33,494 bases of DNA, from positions 1 to 33,494 of the forward strand of contig JBHIDF010000001.1 of the NCBI GenBank assembly GCA_046759945.1, written 5' to 3'. Every line of letters begins with the position of its first letter. The first letter of the stretch is position 1. The position numbers and the translations under genes were made by a program. This DNA is from Nitrosopumilaceae archaeon (GTDB taxonomy: Archaea; Thermoproteota; Nitrososphaeria; Nitrososphaerales; Nitrosopumilaceae). The notes under the pieces are model-generated. The model did not search any database, was not told the origin of the DNA, and saw only the letters and a list, made by a program, of their open reading frames with translations. Positions 8,576 through 16,820 of this stretch are shown here, piece after piece.

Positions 8576-8956
8576 GTGAAGAAATCTGTAGAGAATCTTG
8601 CTACAAGCAAGATAACGGGAGGAAGACGACGCCCACTCCGAACAAGGCGAAAGTATGAACTAGACAGATACGGCGTTGAAGCACTAACAGGATCACAACA
8701 AACTGTCACGAGGAAGGTTCGTGGGGGCTTTAAAAAGACTGCGTTAAAGACTACAGACTTTGTGAACCTAGCGATTCCTGGTTCAAAAGTAAAAAAAACA
8801 AAGATTTTGAAGGTTATTGAAAATCCTGCAAACAGTGACTACCAGAGACGTGGTGTGATATCGAACGGTGCAGTCCTAGAAACTGAAGACGGTAAATGCA
8901 AGGTGGTATCAAGACCAGGACAACACGGTGCCGTTAATGCCATTCTCATAAAGTGA
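8576..8956 (+). CDS. rps8e: 30S ribosomal protein S8e
   Basis: 126 aa, GTG start. Basic N-terminus GGRRRPLRTRRKYELDR. A TATA-like agagtataaattag lies about 25-35 nt upstream. Confidence 0.85.
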   Translation: MKKSVENLATSKITGGRRRPLRTRRKYELDRYGVEALTGSQQTVTRKVRGGFKKTALKTTDFVNLAIPGSKVKKTKILKVIENPANSDYQRRGVISNGAVLETEDGKCKVVSRPGQHGAVNAILIK

Positions 8957-8960
8957 TTTA

Positions 8961-9260
8961 ATGAAAGATTACGAGCACATGGTGATTTGGCTAGATTATT
9001 TCAACAAAACTTTAACAAAGAAAATGGGAAGAAAAGTTTCCCGCGAAAAAAGTATTTTCGATCCCTCTCTAAAAGAATTGATCGATGCTTCAAAGGCTGC
9101 TGGATTTGAACCAACTGAAACCAGCGACAAAGTAAGACATCCAAGAAGGCCTTATGTCAGGTCTGGATACATAATTCTCCCAAAGGGGAAATCGAAAATA
9201 ACAATCCTAGAAAAAATTGCAGATAAACTCGTTGCAAAAAGGGCAAAATCATCAAAATAA
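8961..9260 (+). CDS. srp19: Signal recognition particle protein SRP19
   Basis: 99 aa. Contains MVIWLDYFNKTLTKKMGRKV...HPRRPYVRSGYIIL, typical of SRP19. Starts 4 nt after rps8e. Confidence 0.8.
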   Translation: MKDYEHMVIWLDYFNKTLTKKMGRKVSREKSIFDPSLKELIDASKAAGFEPTETSDKVRHPRRPYVRSGYIILPKGKSKITILEKIADKLVAKRAKSSK

Positions 9261-9332
9261 CAGTTATTCTAGCTTGAAGCTAAAGTAAAGTTGACAGAAG
9301 AAAATGACAATGAGATGATAGTTGATTAGACC

Positions 9333-9602
9333 TTGCAGGAGGCTGGAGTGGTAGTGCATATCGCTAATAGTGGTCGGGTCATTATTCAACTCTCAAAATC
9401 ACTGCCAGAAGGTCAAGTGTTGATTGATGAACGTGGTAAAAATGTCGCAAAAGTAAATGAATTGATTGGACCCGTAGCTAAACCATATGCATCTGCGATT
9501 CCACTGTCAGACAAGGTCAAAAAGTATGTTGGCAAGAAGGTTTTCGCAAATGATCAAGCTCCTGCGGTAAAAACAAGACGGTATAAGAGGAAAAGAAGAT
9601 GA
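9333..9602 (+). CDS. gar1: H/ACA ribonucleoprotein component Gar1
   Basis: 89 aa, TTG start. Gar1 core VVHIANSGRVIIQL...VNELIGPVAKPYASAIPL. Its stop overlaps the tfb start (ATGA), matching the common archaeal gar1-tfb gene pair. Confidence 0.75.
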   Translation: MQEAGVVVHIANSGRVIIQLSKSLPEGQVLIDERGKNVAKVNELIGPVAKPYASAIPLSDKVKKYVGKKVFANDQAPAVKTRRYKRKRR

Positions 9603-10558
9603 ATAGATCCGAACTACAAACCAATTGTCCAGAATGTCAGTCAGCATTAATTGATGACCTTCAGACTGGAGAAAAGATTTGTTCTGGCTGTGGACTAGTA
9701 GCAGTAGAACAACTAGCCGACTATGGCCCTGAATTCAGGGCAACGAATCTTGAAGAAAAAATGAAGCTCGCAAGAGCTACGGGACAGACCACTTATTCTC
9801 AGCACGACCTCGGAATCACCACTGAAATCTCCATAAGTGCAAGAGACTTCAGTGGAAAAGCAATCACTTCGGAAGTAGCAAATCAAATGCACAACCTGCG
9901 AAAATGGCAAACAAGAATTCGCGTAACATCTCCCAGAGAAAGAAGACTTGCAAATGTTTTAGGAAAGATTGGTGAAACCTGTCAGAATCTTTCACTGCCA
10001 AAAAATGTTCTAGAAACTGCCTCTAAGATATACAGGAGTCTGGATGGACGTGTTGAAGTAAAAGGAAAATCGGTATCATGTATGGCTGCTGCTACAACAT
10101 ACATGGCCTGCAAGCAGTGTGAGGTTATACGATCACTTGATGAAATCTGTAAAGGGACAGGAAGTTCAAATGACCTTAAGATGAAAACGAAACTCACGGC
10201 AAAGTATTATAGAACACTCGTTATGGAACTGGGCAATACGACAGCTCCGGCAGTCACCTTGAGTAAATACATCTCAAAGATAGCTAACCTGACAAAAGCA
10301 GATGTTAGAGTTGAGAGACTTGCAATAGAGATAGCAGAAAAGACAAAGGACCATAGTCTTGCAGATGGCAAGGCACCAAATGGAATAGCTGCAGCATACC
10401 TGTACATATCCTCACTCTTGCTTGGGCAAAGCGTCCTGCAAAGGGATATCTCAAGTACGGCAGGAATAACCGAAGTCACGATACGAAATAGATGCAAGGA
10501 GATTCTAACAAGCTACAAGATGCATATCTCACTACGCCCGTCACTGGCCAAACAATAA
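9599..10558 (+). CDS. tfb: Transcription initiation factor IIB (TFB)
   Basis: 319 aa. N-terminal Zn ribbon CPECQS...CSGCGLV, followed by two cyclin-fold repeats. Confidence 0.95.
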   Translation: MNRSELQTNCPECQSALIDDLQTGEKICSGCGLVAVEQLADYGPEFRATNLEEKMKLARATGQTTYSQHDLGITTEISISARDFSGKAITSEVANQMHNLRKWQTRIRVTSPRERRLANVLGKIGETCQNLSLPKNVLETASKIYRSLDGRVEVKGKSVSCMAAATTYMACKQCEVIRSLDEICKGTGSSNDLKMKTKLTAKYYRTLVMELGNTTAPAVTLSKYISKIANLTKADVRVERLAIEIAEKTKDHSLADGKAPNGIAAAYLYISSLLLGQSVLQRDISSTAGITEVTIRNRCKEILTSYKMHISLRPSLAKQ

Positions 10559-10562
10559 ATCT

Positions 10563-10587
10563 CTTCTTTTCGTTTTTGTTATGTTTT
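10563..10587 (+). terminator. Oligo-T tract downstream of tfb (possible archaeal intrinsic terminator)
   Basis: cttcttttcgtttttgttatgtttt starts 5 nt after the tfb stop. Archaeal RNAP terminates at T-runs. Confidence 0.35.
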
Positions 10588-10687
10588 ACAGGATTCATTC
10601 TATGTTATTAGAATATGAGATCTGATTCTAGGTTAGGAGGAGCTAAAATTAGCGCTGATTATATAACGAATGTAGTCTTTGAACGGC

Positions 10688-11458
10688 ATGGCGGTTCTGG
10701 AGATAAAAGACCTCCACGTTAAGAGGGAAGGAAAAGAGATTCTAAAAGGCGTGAATTTGAAAACAGGTCCAAGTGAAGTTCATGCAATAATGGGGCCTAA
10801 TGGTTCTGGTAAAAGCACGCTTGCCTTGACGCTACTTGGTCATCCAAAGTACGAAGTTACTCACGGAGACATTTTGCTTGATGGAGAAAGTATTCTGAGT
10901 TTGAAAACTAATGAGAGAGCAAAAAAAGGTCTCTTTTTAGGTTTTCAGTATCCAACAGAAGTTTCGGGCGTTGGATTTTCACACTTTCTGAGAACGGCAT
11001 ACAACGCTTTAAGCAAATCACTTGGCGGTAAGAATCGTGAGGTCTTCATTACAGTTCGAGAATTTCACAAATACTTAAAGGAAAACCTTAATGCAGTAGG
11101 TCTTAACGATGAATTTTTGTCAAGGTATCTGAACGAAGGGTTTTCGGGTGGAGAAAAAAAGAGATCTGAAGTACTACAGATGGCAGTCCTGAAACCCACC
11201 ATCTCAATCCTTGACGAGCCAGATTCTGGACTTGACATAGATTCGGTCCAAGCCGTGGCAAAATCGATCAGCAAGATTTCAGGAAAAGATTCTACCATAA
11301 TAGTGATTACACACTACGCAAGAATTCTGAAATTCTTAGAGAAGCTTGATTATGTACACGTGTTTGCAGGTGGCAAAGTGATAAGAAGTGGAGATGCATC
11401 GCTAGCAGACGAGCTTGAGAAGAAAGGTTATGAGTGGGTGGTACAAGCCCAAAAATAA
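10688..11458 (+). CDS. sufC: Fe-S cluster assembly ATPase SufC
   Basis: Walker A GPNGSGKST, signature FSGGEKKR, Walker B ILDEPDSGLD, and H-loop VITH. I prefer the ATG at 10688 (MAVLEIKDLHV) over the track TTG at 10679. A TATA-like gattatataac lies about 20-30 nt upstream. Confidence 0.93.
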   Translation: MAVLEIKDLHVKREGKEILKGVNLKTGPSEVHAIMGPNGSGKSTLALTLLGHPKYEVTHGDILLDGESILSLKTNERAKKGLFLGFQYPTEVSGVGFSHFLRTAYNALSKSLGGKNREVFITVREFHKYLKENLNAVGLNDEFLSRYLNEGFSGGEKKRSEVLQMAVLKPTISILDEPDSGLDIDSVQAVAKSISKISGKDSTIIVITHYARILKFLEKLDYVHVFAGGKVIRSGDASLADELEKKGYEWVVQAQK

Positions 11459-11506
11459 TCAGTTGTAGTTTGTTATTTTAAATTAGGTACAAGTCGATCA
11501 AGCCAC

Positions 11507-12175
11507 ATGTCAGATAGCAGATACTTTTTCAACTTTTCCTTTTTCAAAGTAGATCCCAAATGGAGATGGATGGCTGACCTTGCAAAAGAGGAATCAGCAA
11601 AGGAGGTAGAAAACGTATTAAACAATTCAAATGCAAGAGTCAGGACCTATTCAACTTTAGGATTAAGAGATGATGCTGATTTTCTGTTGTGGTTTGCCTC
11701 AGATTCTCTAGAAACTATTCAGGAAACCGTCTCAAAGATTTACCTCACTGTTTTTGGTAAATACATCTTTCCTTCGCACGTCTATCTATCAAACACTAGA
11801 CCTTCAATTTACGCAAAAAGTGGCGTAACTTCATCTTTTGTTGGGGGGGAGGAACCAAGAAAATTCGTTATCGTTTATCCTTTTGTTAAAACAAGAGAGT
11901 GGTATCTTTTACCTTTAGAGCAAAGAAAAGTTATGATGGATCAACACATTGCTGTCGGGAAAAAATACCCACAAGTAACATTGAACACTAGCTATTCCTT
12001 TGGGATTCACGACCAGGACTTTATGCTTGCATTTGAGACAGATGATCTTAATGCTTTCCAAGATCTTATAATGGAATTAAGAGAAACCAAAGTTTCTGCC
12101 TATATCAAAGTGGATACGCCCATGATTGTTTGTGTGAAAAAAGATATTATTCCTTTGATAACGAGTCTTGGATAA
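11507..12175 (+). CDS. Chlorite dismutase-family protein, probably coproheme decarboxylase-like (ChdC/HemQ-like)
   Basis: 222 aa. Family core VIVYPFVKTREWYLLPLEQRKVMMDQHIAVGKKYP...SYSFGIHDQDFMLAFETDDLNAFQDLIMELRETKVSAYI, including the proximal-His context MMDQH. Has its own TATA-like tattttaaattag about 22-35 nt upstream. Confidence 0.8.
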   Translation: MSDSRYFFNFSFFKVDPKWRWMADLAKEESAKEVENVLNNSNARVRTYSTLGLRDDADFLLWFASDSLETIQETVSKIYLTVFGKYIFPSHVYLSNTRPSIYAKSGVTSSFVGGEEPRKFVIVYPFVKTREWYLLPLEQRKVMMDQHIAVGKKYPQVTLNTSYSFGIHDQDFMLAFETDDLNAFQDLIMELRETKVSAYIKVDTPMIVCVKKDIIPLITSLG

Positions 12176-12720
12176 TGAACGCACTAAAAGAGTGGGCCAG
12201 TGTAGTAAAAGCACTTGAGAACGGAAACCAGACCCTCCTTTTAAGAAAAGGTGGAATACTAGAGACCGCGTCTGGATTTGAGTTAGAATCTAGAAAATTT
12301 CTTTTGTATCCCACATTTGAACATCAAGACCTTGATTCTTTAAAGTCACAATTTCATGGGTACTTGGCAGACGTTAGAGAAAACCAGCCAAGAAAAGGAT
12401 TCAACAAAATATCGTCATATGCCAAAGTGATAGAAGAGTGTGACGTATCTTTGAAAGAGAAAATCGAGAATCTTTCTCCTTTTCATATATTCAGTGACTC
12501 TTACATAGAACAGAGAATGAATTGGATGCCTGAAAAACCAATGAAGGTCATTTTCCTACGAGTCTACAAGATCAAAGAATCAGAAACGCCAGTTCTTTCT
12601 GAGTATCAAGGATGCAAATCCTGGATAGACATAAATGAGAACTTTGAAGATGGAAAACCCGTTTTGAGTGATGCCGAGTTTAGCAAAAAGCTAAAAGAGT
12701 TTCAGGGGATTGTGAACTGA
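12175..12720 (+). CDS. DUF1802-like protein of unknown function
   Basis: 181 aa from the ATG at 12175, which overlaps the upstream TAA (TAATG). The N-terminus MNALKEWASVVKALENGNQTLLLRKGGILE...FLLYPTFEHQ matches my recollection of the DUF1802 family. The track start at 12130 would overlap the previous gene by 46 nt. Confidence 0.6.
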   Translation: MNALKEWASVVKALENGNQTLLLRKGGILETASGFELESRKFLLYPTFEHQDLDSLKSQFHGYLADVRENQPRKGFNKISSYAKVIEECDVSLKEKIENLSPFHIFSDSYIEQRMNWMPEKPMKVIFLRVYKIKESETPVLSEYQGCKSWIDINENFEDGKPVLSDAEFSKKLKEFQGIVN

Positions 12721-13715
12721 AGTACAGAACACTTGGCAAGTCTGGCATCAAAGTCTCTGAGATCGGCTTTGGAGCTTGGACTATTGCACTTGCCTGGTGG
12801 GGCAAGAAGATTGAAGAAGATGAAGCAAAATGCATGTTAAAAAAAGCATACGATCTTGGAATCAATTTCTTTGAAACAGCTGACATGTATGGCAAAGGAA
12901 AGAGTGAAAGACTCATTGGTGAAGTCTTTAAGGGAATGCGAGATGAAATCATCATCTCAACAAAGTATGGTTATGATTTCTTAAATGCAGAACAAGTGGG
13001 ACACAAAGAGCTGCCACAGAAATTTGATCCTGAATTTACTGAAGCCGCATTACAAAGTAGCTTGGAAAGATTACAAACTGATTACATTGATGTTTACGGA
13101 TTGCACAATCCAAAGTTACACCACGTACGAGACGATACCATATTTGAAACACTGGATAAAAAAATCGAAGAAGGGAAAATCAAAACCTATCAAGCTGCAC
13201 TAGGTCCTGCAATAGGATGGACGCAGGAAGGACTAGAAGTAATGAACAGGAATAATGTTTCCGCTGTTCAAACTGTGTATAACATTTTAGAGCAGACACC
13301 TGGCAATGAACTCATTGAAAATGCTGAAAAGAAAAATGTTGGAGTTTTAATTCGTGTACCAGATGCTTCTGGCATATTAACAGGAAAAGTAAATGCAAAT
13401 ACGAAAATTGATGAGAAGGACCACCGTTCTGTACGAAAAGGCGAATGGATAAGAGCCTCTTTGAAAAAAGTGGAGCAGCTCAGGCCAATAGCTGAGCGTA
13501 ATGGACTGGATATCACAGAACTTGCAATCAAGTTCATTTTATCCAAAAAAGCAGTCTCTTCTGTGTTGCCTACAGTAGTTGATGTCCAAGAAATAGAGTC
13601 GTTTGCTGCAATGTCAGATGGGAGCTACATCAATACTGCAGACATGAAAGAGATTGATGAAATGTATAATCAGTGGCCACCTTATGAGATAAAGGCCACC
13701 CCGCAGACTGCGTAA
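12717..13715 (+). CDS. Aldo/keto reductase (start probably the non-canonical CTG at 12717; first ATG is at 12834)
   Basis: The frame is open from 12684. 12717 onward encodes (L)KYRTLGKSGIKVSEIGFGAWTIALAWWG, the conserved AKR N-terminal strand and loop. FFETADMYG then follows after the track ATG. There is no ATG, GTG or TTG between 12684 and 12834. Confidence 0.8.
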   Translation: MKYRTLGKSGIKVSEIGFGAWTIALAWWGKKIEEDEAKCMLKKAYDLGINFFETADMYGKGKSERLIGEVFKGMRDEIIISTKYGYDFLNAEQVGHKELPQKFDPEFTEAALQSSLERLQTDYIDVYGLHNPKLHHVRDDTIFETLDKKIEEGKIKTYQAALGPAIGWTQEGLEVMNRNNVSAVQTVYNILEQTPGNELIENAEKKNVGVLIRVPDASGILTGKVNANTKIDEKDHRSVRKGEWIRASLKKVEQLRPIAERNGLDITELAIKFILSKKAVSSVLPTVVDVQEIESFAAMSDGSYINTADMKEIDEMYNQWPPYEIKATPQTA

Positions 13716-13716
13716 A

Positions 13717-14748
13717 CTATGCAGGAATGGTTTCTTCCAGTTTGAACTGGTGTTCTACAAAATATTCCACACGAGTCTTTTTGAATTCCCTTGCACTAAA
13801 CAGAATCTTGTACTCGGGAACATCAATCTGCTTCTGTATTGTCCTTGCCATATCCTCTGCCTCTTGTTCTGATTTACAGTGCACCATTGAAAAAATGTTG
13901 TATGGCCAGTCTTTGTACACAGGTCTCTGATAACAGTGACTCACCTGTGGAAAAGCACCAAGTTTATCACCCACTTGAGTGATACGCGTCTCTGGCACCT
14001 TCCACACAATCATCCCGTTTGCTACAAATCCAACATCTCTGTGTCGTAAAATTGCTGCAAATCTCCTCATCACTCCAATTTCTTCATAATGCTTTGCCTT
14101 GTCAAAAAGTTGTTCTTCTGTGATTCCTAGTCTTTGTGCAGGTTTCAAAAATGGTCTATCTATAATCTCCAAGTCTTTTTGAAGTTCACGAATGTATTCT
14201 TTATCTTCCTCAGTGGCGACAAATTTTACATCACGGATCTCTTTTTTTTGTTCAGAAGGTTTGACTTCATGCTTTTTTTCATCAACCATATCAAGCTTAA
14301 CTCCAATCTTGAACAGTTTGATCGTTGGAAGCATTCTTATTTTTTTGATGCCAGCAAGTTTTGAAAACTTGTCAACCTCAGCTTTCAAATCCGAACCAGG
14401 AGGTACTGCTAAGGTAAACCACAAGTTAAAGTCATGATTTCTTTCATAGTTGTGACTGACACCGGGGTGGCGATTGATCTGCTTTGCAACATAGTCTAAC
14501 TTGTCAGACTCAATTGCCATAGCAACAAGTGAACTCTTGTAACCAAGTTTTCGTGTGTCAAAAATTGCGCTAAGCTGCCTGAGAACTCCTCTTCTCTTGA
14601 GTTTGATTAGTCTTTTTTTTACTTCTTCTGCAGAAACGTCGAATTTTTTTGCAATAGCATGGTAAGGTTGTGAAACTAAAGGGAATGACCATTGAATCTC
14701 ATTGAGGATTTCTTTATCAAGATTATCCATCACAGTCTTCAATACCAA
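13717..14748 (-). CDS. ahbAB: Siroheme decarboxylase, fused AhbA/AhbB (NirD/L-like tandem Lrp-type modules)
   Basis: 343 aa with two tandem modules. The first starts LDKEILNEIQWSFPLVSQPYHAIAKKF...GVLRQLSAIFDTRKLGY. The second starts EEDKEYIRELQKDLEIIDRPF...GVMRRFAAILRHRDVGF. The start may be the ATG at 14730 rather than the TTG at 14748. Confidence 0.8.
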   Translation of the reverse strand: MVLKTVMDNLDKEILNEIQWSFPLVSQPYHAIAKKFDVSAEEVKKRLIKLKRRGVLRQLSAIFDTRKLGYKSSLVAMAIESDKLDYVAKQINRHPGVSHNYERNHDFNLWFTLAVPPGSDLKAEVDKFSKLAGIKKIRMLPTIKLFKIGVKLDMVDEKKHEVKPSEQKKEIRDVKFVATEEDKEYIRELQKDLEIIDRPFLKPAQRLGITEEQLFDKAKHYEEIGVMRRFAAILRHRDVGFVANGMIVWKVPETRITQVGDKLGAFPQVSHCYQRPVYKDWPYNIFSMVHCKSEQEAEDMARTIQKQIDVPEYKILFSAREFKKTRVEYFVEHQFKLEETIPA

Positions 14749-14780
14749 TGCATTTTACCTTTCGATTAAAAATGTAGCGA

Positions 14781-14793
14781 GATTCTTAGAATC
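14781..14793. promoter_or_regulatory. Palindrome GATTCTTAGAATC between the divergent ahbAB and sirC TATA boxes
   Basis: 5-bp arms (GATTC/GAATC) around a 3-nt centre. It abuts the sirC TATA (tataaatataat) on one side and sits 6 nt from the ahbAB TATA-like catttttaatcg on the other. Confidence 0.35.
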
Positions 14794-14805
14794 TATAAAT
14801 ATAAT
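14787..14805 (+). promoter_or_regulatory. sirC-hemA-hemB promoter: TAGAATCTAT box fused to TATA (TAGAATCTATAAATATAAT)
   Basis: The box starts 37 nt upstream of the sirC TTG start (14824). The same 10-mer occurs 38 nt upstream of the sufB ATG. Confidence 0.5.
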
Positions 14806-14823
14806 CTCAAGGGTGCCAGATCG

Positions 14824-15489
14824 TTGATTGTAGACCTTAACTTGAAGGGAAATTTGGTAATTGTAGTTGGTGGAGGGCAAGAGGGTCTTAAAAAAATCAA
14901 TTCACTGCTCACCCAAGACTGTAAGATTCTAGTAATCAGTGATAAAATAAACTCGCAAATATCGAACTACGTAAAGAAAAAGAAAATTGTTTTCAAAAAA
15001 GTTAGACTAAAGGATACTAATTTTCTTTTAAAATACAAACCGTTTCTAGTGATGGCAGCGACGGATGATAAAGAGCTCAATAGAAAGATAGTACAAAAGG
15101 CAAAGAAGATGAGATGCTACGTATATGCTGCTGATGACCCTGAGGTGAGCGACTTTGCTCACCCTTCAGTCATCAACATACAAGATACTGTTCAAATTGC
15201 AGTTTCCACAGGCGGTAGAAGTCCAGCTATGGCTAGAAAGCTAAAGTTACAAACTGAAAAAGTTCTCAAAAAAATCATAAAAAAAGAGGACATTTATCAA
15301 ATTAAACTACAACAGATCGCTAGGGAGAAAGCAAAGAAAAAAATTCCAACGGTTCTTGGACGTAAAAAATTCTTGTATGGAGTTATGAATGATATCAGGA
15401 TTAGACAATTTATTAAAGTAGGCAACCTAAAAAAAGCGCAAAAAAGAGTAATGGCCATGTTGGAGAATGTGAAATGGGTGGGAAAGTAA
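14824..15489 (+). CDS. sirC: Precorrin-2 dehydrogenase / sirohydrochlorin ferrochelatase (SirC/Met8-like)
   Basis: 221 aa, TTG start. Rossmann LVIVVGGGQEGLKK. Layout matches the CysG N-terminal domain. Confidence 0.8.
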   Translation: MIVDLNLKGNLVIVVGGGQEGLKKINSLLTQDCKILVISDKINSQISNYVKKKKIVFKKVRLKDTNFLLKYKPFLVMAATDDKELNRKIVQKAKKMRCYVYAADDPEVSDFAHPSVINIQDTVQIAVSTGGRSPAMARKLKLQTEKVLKKIIKKEDIYQIKLQQIAREKAKKKIPTVLGRKKFLYGVMNDIRIRQFIKVGNLKKAQKRVMAMLENVKWVGK

Positions 15490-16730
15490 TCAACGCACGA
15501 GTAACATATCGAAAATCTCCCATACATATGTTGGAAAGATTTACTTTCAAAGATATTGATTCAGCATATTCTTCGTTTAAGGAACATTCAGAGTTACGAG
15601 AATGTGTAATCTTACAAACATGTAATCGAGTTGAGTTGTTTTACACAGGAGGTGATGGTGACATAGAGAGGATAAAAAAGACTTGGGCGTCTCTTACGGG
15701 TCTTGAAGAAAATGCCTTCAAGGAAAACTTGGAATTGAGTCATGGGAATGAAGCATATGAACATCTTTTAAGACTGGCCTCAGGACTTGACTCGCTAGTG
15801 GTGGGAGAGGAGCAGATCCTCGGTCAAATCAAGAAATCAATTACGACAGCACGAAAGTTTAACACTTCTGGAAAAAATCTAAACACACTTTTTGACAAAG
15901 CAGTCCGCTTGGGGAGTCGGATAAGGACTAGCACCGGTATAAATCGTGGAAGCATATCAGTTGGTTCTATGGCAGTAAAGCTTGCCGAAGAAAATATCGA
16001 TAACCTGAGCTCTAAGTGCATCTTACTTATTGGAACAGGCGAAGCTGCAAGCTTAGTCGCAAAGTCCCTAAACAAAAGAGATCTCGGGTTTTTTGTAGCA
16101 AGTAGAACATATGAAAGATCAAAATCATTTTCAGAAACGCTAGGAGGCACACCGATCAATTTTGAAGAAGTGCTTCATGGTTTCGAAAAGTTTGACGTCT
16201 TGTTCGTAGCTACAATGGCCCCCTTTTTCCTCGTTACATATGATAGAATCAAAGAAGCGATGGACAAACGAAAGAATGGGATGATGATACTTGACCTGTC
16301 AAATCCTAGAACGGTTGATGAAAAAATTTCCACAATAGGAAGCATAAAAATGATGAATTTAGACCAGATAGCAGAGATTGTAGACAAGAACATGAGGAAC
16401 AGAATGGGTCAAGTATCTTCTGCGGAAAAAATAATTAGTGAAGAACTACCAGTTGTAGAAGCAGCCATGAAAAGGTTAGAAGCAGAACCAATAGTCAAAG
16501 AAGTCTTCAAAGAAGTAGACCATGTTAGACAAAAAGAATTGCAAAAGGCACTTCAAATGCTCAAAGAAACTGACAAGGAAAAAATCAAAATAATAAATGA
16601 TCTCACGAAAGCAGTTGTCGAAGGAATCATTTCCGCCCCTATGAACAATTTAAGAAAGGCATCGGAACAAGGTGACTCTGAAGCGCTCAGAGCTGCTAAC
16701 AAGCTTTTCAACTATAAGAAAAAAGAATAG
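15474..16730 (+). CDS. hemA: Glutamyl-tRNA reductase
   Basis: 418 aa. Catalytic-Cys motif ILQTCNRVELF, NADPH site LLIGTGEAAS, and a C-terminal dimerisation helix. Overlaps sirC by 16 nt. Confidence 0.92.
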   Translation: MGGKVINARVTYRKSPIHMLERFTFKDIDSAYSSFKEHSELRECVILQTCNRVELFYTGGDGDIERIKKTWASLTGLEENAFKENLELSHGNEAYEHLLRLASGLDSLVVGEEQILGQIKKSITTARKFNTSGKNLNTLFDKAVRLGSRIRTSTGINRGSISVGSMAVKLAEENIDNLSSKCILLIGTGEAASLVAKSLNKRDLGFFVASRTYERSKSFSETLGGTPINFEEVLHGFEKFDVLFVATMAPFFLVTYDRIKEAMDKRKNGMMILDLSNPRTVDEKISTIGSIKMMNLDQIAEIVDKNMRNRMGQVSSAEKIISEELPVVEAAMKRLEAEPIVKEVFKEVDHVRQKELQKALQMLKETDKEKIKIINDLTKAVVEGIISAPMNNLRKASEQGDSEALRAANKLFNYKKKE

Positions 16731-16820
16731 AATACTCATCATTACCTATGGTACGTTATCTAATACGGAAGCTGATTTTTAGGATTAAGAGATTATATTG
16801 CTATCAGGAACACTTTGAAT

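Noticed and set aside
12130-12174. Upstream start for the DUF1802-like gene
   Set aside because: It would overlap the Cld-like gene by 46 nt. The family-like N-terminus (MNALKEWA...) starts at the ATG in the TAATG junction.
11507-12175. Reading the Cld-family gene as a true chlorite dismutase (perchlorate/chlorate metabolism)
   Set aside because: No (per)chlorate reductase context. The neighbourhood is heme and Fe-S biogenesis, and short Cld-like proteins in such contexts are more often ChdC-like. Residue-level confirmation is still needed.
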